64,000 bases of DNA from Amoebophrya sp. A120 (lineage: Eukaryota; Protista; Dinoflagellata), in assembly GCA_905178155.1 (NCBI GenBank), contig CAJINV010000006.1, positions 2,458,658 through 2,522,657 of the forward strand, given 5' to 3'. Positions 10,401 to 21,787 of this stretch are shown piece by piece. Within the stretch, counting starts at the first letter, position 1. Each line of letters begins with the position of its first letter. Under the pieces are notes generated by a model. The model did no database searches. It saw only the letters and a list, made by a program, of their open reading frames with translations, and was not told the DNA's origin. The position numbers and the translations under genes are program-made.

Positions 10401-13400
10401 CTAAAATTCCTCCGCCTCAGTGAGCACCCCCATCCCGAGAAAGCTTCCACTATCTGTGAATTCCTGGGTTAAATCTACTCGCCAACAATTCCCCTCGCAC
10501 GGCCTGACGGCCTTGTTCCGGTACTCCTTTCCGTTCACCCACGGCCGCAGGGCCCCCTTCACTAAATTTTTCGCCGATACGGCGAGGTTCTTCCCCTGGC
10601 GCCACGCCGTGCGGAACCGCTTGAGGTAGCTGTACACGATCAGGTAGAAGACAATCACGAACGCCGTCGTTAGGTCGTATGAAATGCAAAAGCATCGCAC
10701 AAGTTCTAGTACCAAATATAGCCGCCGGGGCGGGGGTAGTGAGGTCGTGGGCGTTTTTTTGCCGACCGCAGCCTTGGCCGCGGCTTTGCTTTTTATGGGC
10801 TCGCCATACCACCGCGAGTAACGTTATGCCGCACGGTATGGCGGCCACTTGGGAAACGTCGCAAATTTTGGCAAATTCCCGAAATTCCTTACCGAAAGCC
10901 AGCCCCCATGCTATGGGGCCGATCCGGGTGCCACGGGGGGCGCCCAAAAAGCGAAGAAAAATCGGGCCCATAGCATGCGGATTGGCTTTGCGCGCGCGGG
11001 CCGCTTTTTCTTTTTCGCGTTTTTATTTTTCACGCCGGCGCTACTTTTTGCAAAGCTTCCCAGGCTCTGAAACCGGCGAAAAGGCGGCCGCTTTCGCGCC
11101 CGCCCAAAATGCTCCGAAATCGCGGCCGTGCCATGCTGTTTCGCTGTTCTGATTTTGGGCGCGTTTTTTGCGCGCCCCTTTTTGGGCGCCCCAAATCGCC
11201 AGAAACCAAGGGGGTGGGCGCCTCAGAAGGGCGCCCCTTTTGGCGGCTCCTTTGCGTCGTTTTATCAAGTGCGAATCGATAGAATCCGCTCGGGCTTGTT
11301 TGATATCAAAGCCCCGCCCGCTTGATAAGTGAAAACCTTTTATCCTCAAAAACACTTCCGGCCGCTTGAAAACTGCCGGTCGTTTTTCAGGGGAGATGGC
11401 AAAAAAACTCCCCGGTTAGAACCGTTCGGTGACCTCACTACATATAAATGGCATTACAAATTTCCTTAGCATGACAGATGAAATTTGTAATGCTGTTTTA
11501 GCTAAGGAAGACGGTTTGTCATGCACGTCTGGAATTAGTACGAGTACGATGCTTTTGCAGTGCATAGGTCGATGATGGTGGCAATTTGGAAATCAAAATT
11601 CTTCATCCGCGTGTCGACAAAATCCTGAGCAAAAACGTCCCCATCCTGTGATGCGGATTTGCAATTACAGGACCATTTGTAATGCGCATCTCCACAAAAA
11701 GCAGCTCTAGTCGTGCTTTCGCATTTGTACTGCTGTAAACAGCATAAGAGAGCGGCTTTGTCATGCAGCCGCACTTGCTAAGCTACACTTCCAATAGAGA
11801 GGGAGAGAAACTTGTCATGCGTGAGTCCCAAAACTTGGGCATTTGTGTTGCTAAGTTCCCAATCATTGAGGCTGGGGTAGGGAGGACGTTTATTTTCCTC
11901 AGGATAGACAAGGGTCATAGCGTCCACCAGAGTAGTCTCCTCCTGCGCCGCTTCCCGCGTATGCATTGCAAATATCCCTGGATGTCTGGAAGAGTACAAC
12001 TTGTCATGCTACATCTGAATCATACAAAAATCTGTGTTGCATGATTATCAATAAAGCTGTGCACTTTTGAGAAGGCCGAGAGGCAGTTTCTGATGGGGAA
12101 AAGGCATGGTAAAGATCTCACATCAGAATCTGTGATGCTACGGCATGCATCACAGACCTCACGCGTCATGCCAAACGTGTATGACAAACGTTGCACTTTT
12201 CCAGAGGACTCAGACATATTTGCACTTGATACCGCGCGATCCGGTAGGAAAAGCCCTGCCCCGTGGCAGCGATCATGAGGGATACCACCACGTGCGACAC
12301 GACGTCATCGAGCACCGTGTTGAAGGGAAGTCTTGGCAACCTTTCCAGCGTCACCCACTGGATCGCAAACGCGGTCAGGAACAGCGCAAACAGCATCTGC
12401 AACCGTCCCACCACGTCGATCGGTTCCGACAGGAAGGTGACCAGGCTGAAAAACGCGCAGAGGTAGAGTGGCAGTATCCCCTTCTGCAAGTAAAATCCCG
12501 GGGTCCGCTTCAAGTGCACGGAGAACATCAACGCGGGTTTGACCACCGGCTCCTCGGCTTGCCAGTTCCGGGAGAGAAACCCCTCCCCGTAGGAGACCCG
12601 GAAGAGCTCGTAGTCGCCCGAGTGCTTCACCGTGTTCCACTGAAATTGCTGAAATTTTCCCGAAAAATTGTCGACCAACTTCGTCGGCATGTTGGGCCGC
12701 TGAAACGAGACCTGGAGGTCTCCGGGAAGTTCCCCACGTCGGGAACCGGACAGAAAAATAGACACGTCGATCCGCACCGAGTCGAACGGAAAGGAGCGCA
12801 AGCGGTCCAAATCCGCGCCGAGGTTTACCCCGTCACCGGAAAAGAAAAACCTGCAATCGATCCGAACCTTGCCATCTCGCTTCGTGTTGTAGTAGAACCG
12901 GGGCACCTCCTCATAATTCTCCGCCTTGTCCATGTTGCAGCCGTAGCTTGCATATCCTGTGAAAAAGTATCGCACTCGTAGTAATTGCAGTCATGCAAGA
13001 CAAATCTCGTTCCCAAGGCAAATCAGCATGACCAATTCCATTTGTCACGCTGAGCGAATTTGCATTGCAATTACTACTAGTACGATAATTTTGCAGTTCA
13101 TAGTGCACAAATCTCCGGCCGCCACGTGTTTTCCGGGATTTTTTTGTTTTTCGGGAAGTTGTATGCACTGCAAAACTATCGCACTCGTATAAATGCATTA
13201 CAAATTTCCTCAGCATGAGAAATAAAATTTGTAATGCTGATGCACCTTAAGAAAAAGATTTGTAATGCCTAATTGCAATACGAGTACGATACTTTTGCAG
13301 TGCATAAGTTGTCCAAGCGGTAGTCGTACCAGTGCATCTCCAGAAAGCCCTCCAGTTTGCAGAACTCGTGGTCGTTCGACTTCGAAATCGACCACTCCTT

Positions 13401-14064
13401 CACGCTATGCACTGCAAATATGGCTGGGTCTGGATTTGTGATGCAAAATGCGAAGCGCAACAAGATCTGTGATGCAAGAATGCCGATGTTCAATTCTTTT
13501 GTCGTGCTGCATATGGTAGCTTGTCATGCTAAACATGACTAAAATCCACAAGGAACGCTGAGGAAAACTTCTCATGCTGTTACGCCGTAAGAGCGGCCCG
13601 TTCGTAATGCAAGCATCAGCAGCACAAGTTTCCACCAGACGGAAATATACTTGCATTTGATATACGCGAAAAACAACTTCCACCGGGGTGGCATACTTCT
13701 CGTCCGGGTTCTTCGGGTTCACTAGAAACGGCCGCTGCGAAAAGTCGATCGTGTCATACAGGTCGTCTATGCTGTCTTGGTAGGACGTGAGAGTCGACAC
13801 TGTGTCGGACTGCAAAGCTGCTACTTGGGCACCTTGTTGTTCTTTTTCCTGCAAAAGTTTCTTTTGCTCCTTCCCCACTTCTTCCAAGAAGCTTGCCCAC
13901 TCCTTCGGGGGCACCCCGTTGGCCGGGGGCAGAGGCTTGATGGCGTCCCAGTCGAGGTGTTTCAAGCGGTTTGGGGTGGCGGCGTCTTTTACGTCCTGCT
14001 CGGGCGCCACGGCAGAAGAAACCAGCGAAGACATGGATTGAGATGGGTGGAGAGGAGGCTTCAT
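10401..14064 (-). CDS. Pentameric ligand-gated ion channel (Cys-less, Pro-loop type), paralog 2; 7 exons, 6 introners
   Basis: Long exon 12232-12952 encodes FPFDSVRID...KRTPGFYLQKGILPLYL...LPRLPFNTVLD; M4 TTAFVIVFYLIVYSYL; stop at 10401. Confidence 0.9.
10678..11566. mobile_element. Introner family B carrying a nested element
   Basis: B TIRs; DR ggtcg/ggtcg. Confidence 0.88.
10736..11441. mobile_element. Nested GC-rich element with GTAGTGAGGTC...GACCTCACTAC terminal inverted repeat
   Basis: 11-bp perfect IR; internal IR catgctatggg/cccatagcatg; interrupts the family-B consensus. Confidence 0.65.
11621..11906. mobile_element. Introner family C
   Basis: AATCCTGAGCAAAAACGTCCCC...CTCAGGATA; DR gacaa/gacaa. 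Confidence 0.88.
11960..12231. mobile_element. Introner family A
   Basis: A-like TIRs; DR ccgcg/ccgcg. Confidence 0.9.
12953..13102. mobile_element. Introner family B
   Basis: B TIRs; DR ttgca/gtgca. Confidence 0.9.
13162..13306. mobile_element. Introner family B
   Basis: B TIRs; DR agttg/agttg. Confidence 0.92.
13406..13662. mobile_element. Introner family A
   Basis: A-like TIRs; DR cacgc/tacgc. Confidence 0.88.
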
Positions 14065-16338
14065 GATGGTAGCTTCTTGCGTTTTATTAAACTGGGTTCT
14101 TGAGAAGTTGTAGTGCGGGTGGCTAGTGTCGGGCTCCTGGGGGCTGCTCTAGGTGGGGTCGCTCATAGAAGGACAACTGTTAGAAGTGTGCTCGGGACTA
14201 GTATTACTGATAGTTGATACGGGGGCGCGAGCATCAACATCGATACATTAGAATCTGCTTAAAGTCGCGCGTCTTGCGTTTATTTTGTGACGCGACCACT
14301 GAAAAATCAAAGCCACCAAATAATCTCAACACGCAGAAGTTCCCTCGACTTCGCTCAACGGAGTCGTGCCTTTTTGCTGGCTGCGGTGGCTAGTGTTCGT
14401 CGTGGTCTCTCTGCCTGCACGGACGATATCTTCGGCGCCACGGAACCAGAGCGCGGCTCTCTGGAACAAATAGAGCGAACTCCTCTTTTCCGAACACAAG
14501 AAGAGCCACTTCATGACTCCGAAGTGTGAAATAAATGTTGCCGCGGCTTTCGTCCGCTATTCTGTTTCAATGCGGGGACAAGCAACATTAGGACCCCCCG
14601 TCGCACCTACACGGCCGTGTTTGCGGCCGAGCTTGTGGGCGCCACGACCCGAGCATGTCCTTCCCAAGCGAGCACTGAATGGCGGCAACTGCCGCGGGCG
14701 GCGACGCCTTCGCGGCCGCGCAAAAAAATGCATCTATGCATGACTGCAGCGCGCCGGCGGCCGTCTCCGAGTCAGCCGGGAGGCGGGCGGCAGGCAGGCC
14801 ACGGGGGCTGCACACAGAAGCGCGCGCGATGTCTGAACACGAAAGGCCGGCCAAGCCAGGCACAACGAACAACCTAGCGCGCGGCAAGCCGGCCCCGCCG
14901 GCCGGCGGCCGCCCCCCCCCCCCGCCCGGCCCCCCGCGACCCGCGGCGGCCGGGGGGCACGCTCCACCCTGCTCCCATTTCAGGGCCAACCCGCGCCGCG
15001 CCTCCAGGCCATCGAGTTCCATCGGCAGAATTTCGCCCGCTGCAAACAGTTTGAGCGCGCCGGCCCCTCCGCCCCGATGTCGGCAATTCTTTTGGTCCGG
15101 AAGTGGGGCCGTCGCATTCGGGCACGCTGCGCATGCCGGGCCGCGGGGCCTCCCAACGACATGACAAGGGCCCGCTCGTGCCCGGAGCCCTGGGCGCAGA
15201 AGAGTCCCCAGAAAGGGGCGGACCGGAAAAATCGGCGATCAGAGGCTACGCAGTCGCGGCGGCCGAGCCAGCTGCGATGAGAGCGCCGCGGTCATCGTGC
15301 GTTCGATCGAGCTGGGATCCTCGGCTTTCTGAGACGTCGGTCGGGCAAACCGCGAGGCCCTCCCGTAGGGGGCCGCCCCTGCCCTCTCGGCCTGCCGCCC
15401 CGCCCCTCTCCGCCGCGTGGCCACCATCCAAAGGCCGCCCGGCAAAACAATCAAAACCCCGGCCGGCCCGCCGGCCCACCCGGTCGCTGCGCTCCTGGAG
15501 GTAGGTCCGCTCGCCCTTGATCGCGTGGCCCGCCTTTTCCAGCTCCCTCCGGGCGTCTTCCGCTTCTGCCTTAGTGCACCGGCCGCACCCGTCCGCCGTG
15601 GTTGGTTCGCCCATTTAGCCCACCAACGCGCATCGCTGTACATAGCCGCTGCGGGAAAAGGCGGCGCGCCTTTGCTCTGACTGCCGCCGGGCACGCTTGC
15701 GCAAAAACTTGGGGCGCGCCCTGCGGTCGCAGGCAGTTCGCACGCCGTCGAAGGCCTCCGGAACACCGCAAGGCAGGAGCAAGGCAACCAAGGAAGCCCA
15801 CAGCCTTAGGTAGGGCCGTCGTGCCACACGTGGATTGGACGCGGAGCGCCGTCGTGACCACTATGGGGCGCGCCGTGTTCGTACCCTCGCGCACCGGCCC
15901 GGCCGTCTTATCGGGGCCATGCGCTTCAAAACACAGACGCAACGGCCCGCGCAAGAGGTTCCGCGTTTCCTGGGTCGGTGTGGCGGTCGTCTGCGAATCT
16001 CATCAAAACGCTCGCTTCGCGAGTCGCGGAGCTTTTTCGTATTCATATCGTCTTGCTCGGGGAACACACATTACTGTCGCACTCTGCAGCTCACCGCTCA
16101 GGCGCTACAGTGCTTCTGGGCGTCTATGGTCAAGAGACCTGTAGAGCTTCTATTTCGAAACAAACGAAGATCTTCGGAAACTTGCTCTTGCGTTTTGGTT
16201 TCTTTGTTGAAAATCATACACGACTAACAGGACGCAAAAATAAGTAGCAGGGTGATGCCCCTCTATGTTGAAGGACAGTCATCTCGCAAAAATCCGACTT
16301 CTTCCTCTCTAGTTATCCTCGCCGCCGATAAGTACTAC

Positions 16339-19300
16339 CTAACCCCCTCCATCTCGTCCCTCCGTCGCGGTGGTCCACTTCCCGTTCTCCCAAACAAACC
16401 GCGGCTGCGCATACTGCTCACCATAGCAGATTTTCAGCAGGTTGTCCCGCAACGCATCGTCGACGAAGATCCGGGTTTTGATCGGTTGCTGCTGCTTTGC
16501 TGCTTCTGGAGGCCTTCTTGTTGTACTGCGGGTGCGGCTCGGCTGCATTTTTGCTCCGGTCAATTTTTGATCTTTCACTTCGCTATCATGACCCCCGCTT
16601 GTTCCGTTCATTTGCCCGCGTGTTCCCTTTATCCTAGTAGTACTACCCAGCGAAAGCGTAGAAGAGCTCCTGTCTTCTTCACCGAGATCACCCGCTACAT
16701 CAAATAAACCGGCTTTCCCCCCGATTTCCACCTCCATCGTCTCCGGAAAGTTATCCACAGCGTAAAATCAAAATCCCGTACAACACGTACGAAAGCTGTC
16801 TCTGCATGAGAGAACTGGGCTGCTTCGATCGTAGTTTAGCATGACAAGTGTTCTTATACATCAAATCAGAGTGGAATTTGTGATGCCTCTCGTGTATCAT
16901 GTTGCACGAGAACAAATTTCCGCTGCATAAAAGTCCTCGACCCGCAACAGTCCCAATCTTTGCTGAATCGCGAGGGTGCTAAAAGCTGAAGTAGAAGATG
17001 ATGCGGCTGTTGAGAGCAGGTGCTTCGAAGTGATACTTGACCGACACTTGTCCAATTCCCCAATCTCTGCCGCGGTGTGGAACAGATACTTCACCCGGTC
17101 GCCGGTACTCGCCAAGCTTCTCGCTGGTCCAAGCCTCCTATTCCGGTATGCAGTGCAAAAGTTGTAAGCAGCGCGTCGCTGAAAGGAGAGTAGGAGTGCT
17201 AACTGCAGTATTTTGCATGACAGTAGACCTCGCTTCTTTTTAACTGAAACAGCATCACAAATTGATTTCATTTTGTCTTTTGAACAAAAAGCGAATAATC
17301 TTTGTACCCTGCCTATGAGCGCGATCATACTTCACCTTTTGCAAAATGCATATCCGGTCAAATTTCTCCATTTCGTGCCGGTTCAACCCGCTCAAGTCCA
17401 ACACGGAGAAATGCGCGCCGCCGTGGGTGTTGCGGTCTTTAGACAATTTCCGCGGCAATACGGACGAATGCTGACCTGCTTCTTCTTCTTGCTGACTAAT
17501 GGAAGACGAATCGTAGAAAAACGCCTGCAAGAACCCGTTTGCGATCTTCTCAAAAAACGGCTCCCCCGCCTCGGTCAGTGTTGCCGCTTGCTGGATTCCG
17601 ATTCGCTCCTCGTGATGTTCATTTTGAGAAGTGATGGGGGATGACGAGTCGAAGAAGGAGTCATTTTCCCGGTCTTGTTCCCCGCCTCCAGCTGCACCAA
17701 CTACTGTCGACGACGCTTTGTATCCAAATGCGCTCGTCGTAGTAGATGTTCTTTCCGCTTTACTACTTTTCCCCCAAGAAGTAGTACCCCTGCTTTGCTG
17801 TTCATCTTCTTCTTCGAACGACACGCCCTGGAATTCCCGCCATTTATGCCGCATCACGAACCGCGCACCCACTTGCCCGGCCCAGGACATGGCGGCAGTG
17901 TTATTTGCTTTGCTGGACTGCGGCGTCGTGCTGTTTTGGAAAAAGAAATGAGGTAGGTTGTGACGATTGATGTTCTCCGCAGCATTCGTATCATGCTGCT
18001 CAACCGAGCTGTTTCTCCCAAAATCATTATCACCGCTGGGTAACATCATTTTCCCAGAAGATAAATCCTGTTTCAACATCGTTGTGCTGGAAGATGCAGT
18101 TCTTCTTCCAGACCGCAATTTCTTCTTGTGGTACTTCCGCCACAACTTTTCCAGCCTCTTTTTCGTTTCCTCGTCTTCGATGAGCGCTTTTATGACCTGC
18201 TCAGCTGTTACAATCTCAAACGTTACAATGGAATATGGGAATCTGTGATGCAAGAAGTGCACGATCTACCCTACTCCCAGCACAGGATTTCGCATGACAA
18301 GTTCTGGAGTCCCAATCGAATCCGCACTGGAATCTGGCGAAATTTGTATTGCACAAAGTGGAACGCTGTGCGAGTCTGTCATGCTCATCATGCAACACAA
18401 AACCCAGACTCTATGGTAACCGATTTGAGATTGTAACGGTTGAGCTGGTCATAGCTTTTTTTCCAAATTTTTCGAAGCTCTTGTCGGAGAAAATTAGCGC
18501 AAAGTCGGCTTTGGACTCCTCGAACAGCCCTTGTAGTGATTCAACGGGGGAAGAGGCGAACGTGACGGCGAGAAATATCCTTTCTGAAAACATCTCCACC
18601 CCAGGGTTGATGTCATGCAGATCTGCAAGCACAAGAGCACTTGTAATGCGCATCCCCATGATAGGAATTTCCGATCGTGTTTTGGAACTTGTAACGCTGT
18701 AAACAGAATAAGCAGATGGATTTGTAATGCGACTTCCCTTGCTAAACTGCACTACACTAGAGCCTGCAATTTGTAATGCGTGACTCCCAAAACTTCGCGA
18801 TTTGTGTTGCAAATTCCCCATCTTGACTCTGGGGTGGGGACGTTTTTCCTTAGGATAAGAAGTTTGTCTTTGTTTTGGCTTTCGTTCTTTGCATGATGTT
18901 GTTGAAACGGTATGGTCACAAACGTGAAGGGTATAATCGCAACGCCGGAGGTGCTGTTGTTGTTTGGTGGGAACAATTCCTCAGTTGTTGCATCTTCTTG
19001 ATCTTGTCCTCCGAGCGGAAATAAGCTTCCTGCTAGTACAACATGATCTTTCACACTGTGCAGCACCCTTCCTACCTCTGCCAGCATTTCCTTCCCCATG
19101 CCTATCAACTGTAAAAATGTCTGGGTCTGGAAGAATCCAACTTGTCATGCTGATTTTGGATTCTAAAAAAATCTGTATTGCGTGAGCAGCAAAGAGAGTC
19201 CAAGTTTTGCTACACGGAAAGAGCATTTGTCATGCGGTATAGGCATCAGGAAGCCGTTACAAAATCTGTGATGCTAGGGCCTGCATCACAGACATCAGGA

Positions 19301-20919
19301 GTCATGCAAAATGTGCATGACAAACCTGGCAATCTTCCAGACCCAGACATTTTTACATTTGATAGCGTCCACTATTTTACTACTCCCCAGCAGCTGCAAA
19401 TAAGAACTCGGCGGTGCTGCTGTGATTTTCGTTCTTTCACCACCCATTGTTTCGGGACTTCGTTCTGCCATTTGTTCTACTTCCTGTGCTTCTGTCAGCG
19501 AGGAGGCTGCAACTGCTGTTGGTGCTGTTGTTGTTCTTCTTCTAGGCTTGTTTTTAGAAGATGATGGTGGAGAAACAACAAGTAGTTCCTTTTCATTCTC
19601 CTCCGCGACGAATTTCCGCACCACAAACGTGATGATCTGCTCCCAGAAATCCAAAGGAAGCATGATGTCCGCATCCGAATCGTAGGGGATAAACGACTAT
19701 CCGCTGCAAAAGTATCGTACTCGTAGTAATCCTACTCTCACATTACAAGTTTTATTCTCAAGTTGAATCCGCATTACAAATTTTATTTGTCATGCTGACA
19801 AATTTGTGATGCGATTTCTACTACCTAGTACGATACTTTGGCAGTCCATAACGACTTATGCCGTTCGTACCCGAGCAGGGAGCCGTAGGCGAGGGAGTAG
19901 GGAAGAGGGGATTTTTCAGTTTTGCTGTGTTTTTTTTCAACGTGTTCTACTTCTTCACCTGTTGACGTACTACTAGTTCCTGGTTCCTCTGTACGCTGCA
20001 GTACTACCTGCTGCTGTGCTGAATCTCCTCGACGCCTCTGAGCGGCGGCCACTTCTTCCTTTCCACTTACACCGCCGCGAGACGAGCCCCCGCCGAAAAA
20101 GTCCTTGACAAACTGATCAAAGGCGTCGACCAAGGTTAACGTATCCGCGTACTTAGCGTCAAATTCGAAATTTTGCCCGTAAATCTGCTCTAATTTCGGG
20201 TAATCACAAAAATGCCCGCAGAACTCTTCAACCACTGTGTTCCGGAGAAGACGTTGCTCGTTTATTTCTTGTTTGCGTGTTACTTGTGCTGCTGCTGTCT
20301 CTTGGTCTTGCTCTTGCAAGTAAATAAATCTTCCCGTTGTATTATTAACAACTTCTTGACCTTCTTTGGTACTAGCTTGAAGTTGTACAACTTCCCCGTC
20401 GTGCTCGTGCTCAAATGTTGAAAATTCTGCAACAGAAGCTGCTGAAGTTGTGCTGCTGTCGTCCAGAAATAAAGCTTGCTGTCCTCCAGATTCAGCCCCG
20501 CCTGGACCTGAAGTAGAACGGCGCTTCTGCTGCTCTTTCCGCAGCAGATTCTTCATGCTGTTTTGCAGAGTTTCCTTTTCGAACGGCGTTCTTAAGGCTT
20601 CCAGGGGACGCCGGTTATTATTTGATGATGCTTCGTTGTTGTTCTGGCCGGTGCGAGTGATATCGTTGCTGTTCCTCGTCGTGCCGTGATCTCCTTTGCT
20701 GTTTCCATGATGCACGCTACTATGAAGTTCCTCCAGATTCCTTATGTGCAGAAACATCCACGTGCCGAAGCAGAGGAAAAAGAGCAAGCTGCTCAAGATC
20801 AACGGGTAGTGAAAGATCTTGAAACAAGCGGAGGCGTTTCTGGCAGCGAAAAGGTCGTCGATTTCCCGATCGGCCGCCGTGCTTATCCGGGAAGTAGTAG
20901 TAGTAGTAGTACGAGGCAT
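16339..20919 (-). CDS. LicD/fukutin-like nucleotidyltransferase-fold phosphotransferase, type II membrane protein; 7 exons, 6 introners
   Basis: N-terminal TM (YPLILSSLLFFLCFGTWMFL); spliced motif YSLAYGSLLGYERHKSFIPYDSDADIML; C-terminal LLKICYGEQYAQP. Confidence 0.82.
16752..16929. mobile_element. Introner family K (single copy)
   Basis: TATCCACAGCGTAAAAT...ATTTCCGCTGCATA; DR aaagt/aaagt. Confidence 0.82.
17147..17352. mobile_element. Introner family B (degenerate)
   Basis: TATGCAGTGCAAAAG...CTTTTGCAAAATGCATA; DR tccgg/tccgg. Confidence 0.82.
18191..18453. mobile_element. Introner family I
   Basis: TATGACCTGCTCAGCTGTTACAATCTC...GAGATTGTAACGGTTGAGCTGGTCATA; DR gcttt/gcttt. Confidence 0.9.
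18576..18857. mobile_element. Introner family C
   Basis: C TIRs; DR agaaa/agaag. Confidence 0.88.
19103..19364. mobile_element. Introner family A
   Basis: A TIRs; DR atgcc/gcgtc (degraded); frame restored by removing element plus 5 nt. Confidence 0.88.
19698..19850. mobile_element. Introner family B (inside the LicD catalytic motif)
   Basis: B TIRs; DR acgac/acgac; removal joins ERHKS to FIPYDSDAD. Confidence 0.93.
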
Positions 20920-21231
20920 AATGTACTTTTTTTTTTTCCCTGTAGTGGTCGAAGAAGAAGATTATGCGTACTTACTATTCTTACTTCTATCAGCACCACA
21001 AGAACTGTATGTAATAGTTCTAGTTGTTTGTACTATGTTCTATGAGTCGTGAAAATTATGCGAACTGCAGAGCTTTTCCGTTGTTTCAAGTTCTTGTGCA
21101 CCATCCATTAGAAACGTCGATCTGAAGAACTACTACGCTCATCTCTTGCAAGCCTCATCTGATTGTAGTTCTTGCCGGGACAACACATTCGAACTCAACG
21201 CTCTTGCACGGGCAGACGCAGATGTCATCTC

Positions 21232-21769
21232 GGGCTCGCATGACGTCGAAGGACGGCGACAATTCAATCGACTTTATTTGCTCTCCTACTTATAAGAAAG
21301 CAGCTTCTCTGATGGAACAAGAAAACGAGGCGTCACGACTGCGAGCGCGAAGGAATAAAGGGGCAGTGAATTTGATTTTCTGCTCTTGCAATAAAACAAC
21401 CCATTGCTTCTTCTGATGTTGTACGTACTATCTATACGTGGCGTTTATTTTGTGTGCAACTTGTTGAACAAATTGGATGACTATTCCCTTGTTTCGTATT
21501 CGTGTGGCATTCGACTTTAATTGTTTTTTTTTTTTTCGTTTTCTCGATTTGTTCTTAGACGAAACATGCAAATGCACCTTCTCCTTGTGCACCGTGAGTT
21601 GACCACCACCCGAATAAAGGACATCAAAGCTCTTTCATCTTTCGTTGGGCTTGGGTTGTCTCAAGTAGATGCAACGTGGCTTACCTTAGTAAAATTGCAG
21701 CCGAAGAAATTCAAATTAATTCATCCCTAATATGTTGTCAGTAGGTGTCAACATCGATTTCAACAAAAG
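21232..21769. repeat. Intergenic ~0.5-kb segment, copy 1
   Basis: Shares colinear blocks (gggctcgcatgacgtcgaa; ggaacaagaaaacgaggcgtcacgactgcgagcg; tattcccttgtttcgtattc; ggcattcgactttaattgttttt; tatgttgtcagtaggtgtca) with 26700-27210. Confidence 0.85.
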
Positions 21770-21787
21770 CCGCCCAATAATTGCCTT

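Noticed and set aside
10736-11441. CACTA-superfamily transposon
   Set aside because: CACTA/TAGTG occur in the wrong polarity (TAGTG left, CACTA right) and no 3-bp TSD is evident.
12145-12981. 278-aa plus-strand ORF
   Set aside because: Antisense to the channel exon, which has clear family motifs.
3968-13662. Repeat-spacer pattern as a CRISPR array or integron cassette array
   Set aside because: The repeats are inverted pairs bounding 150-320 bp units, the 'spacers' are consecutive exons of one protein, and no cas or integrase gene is present.
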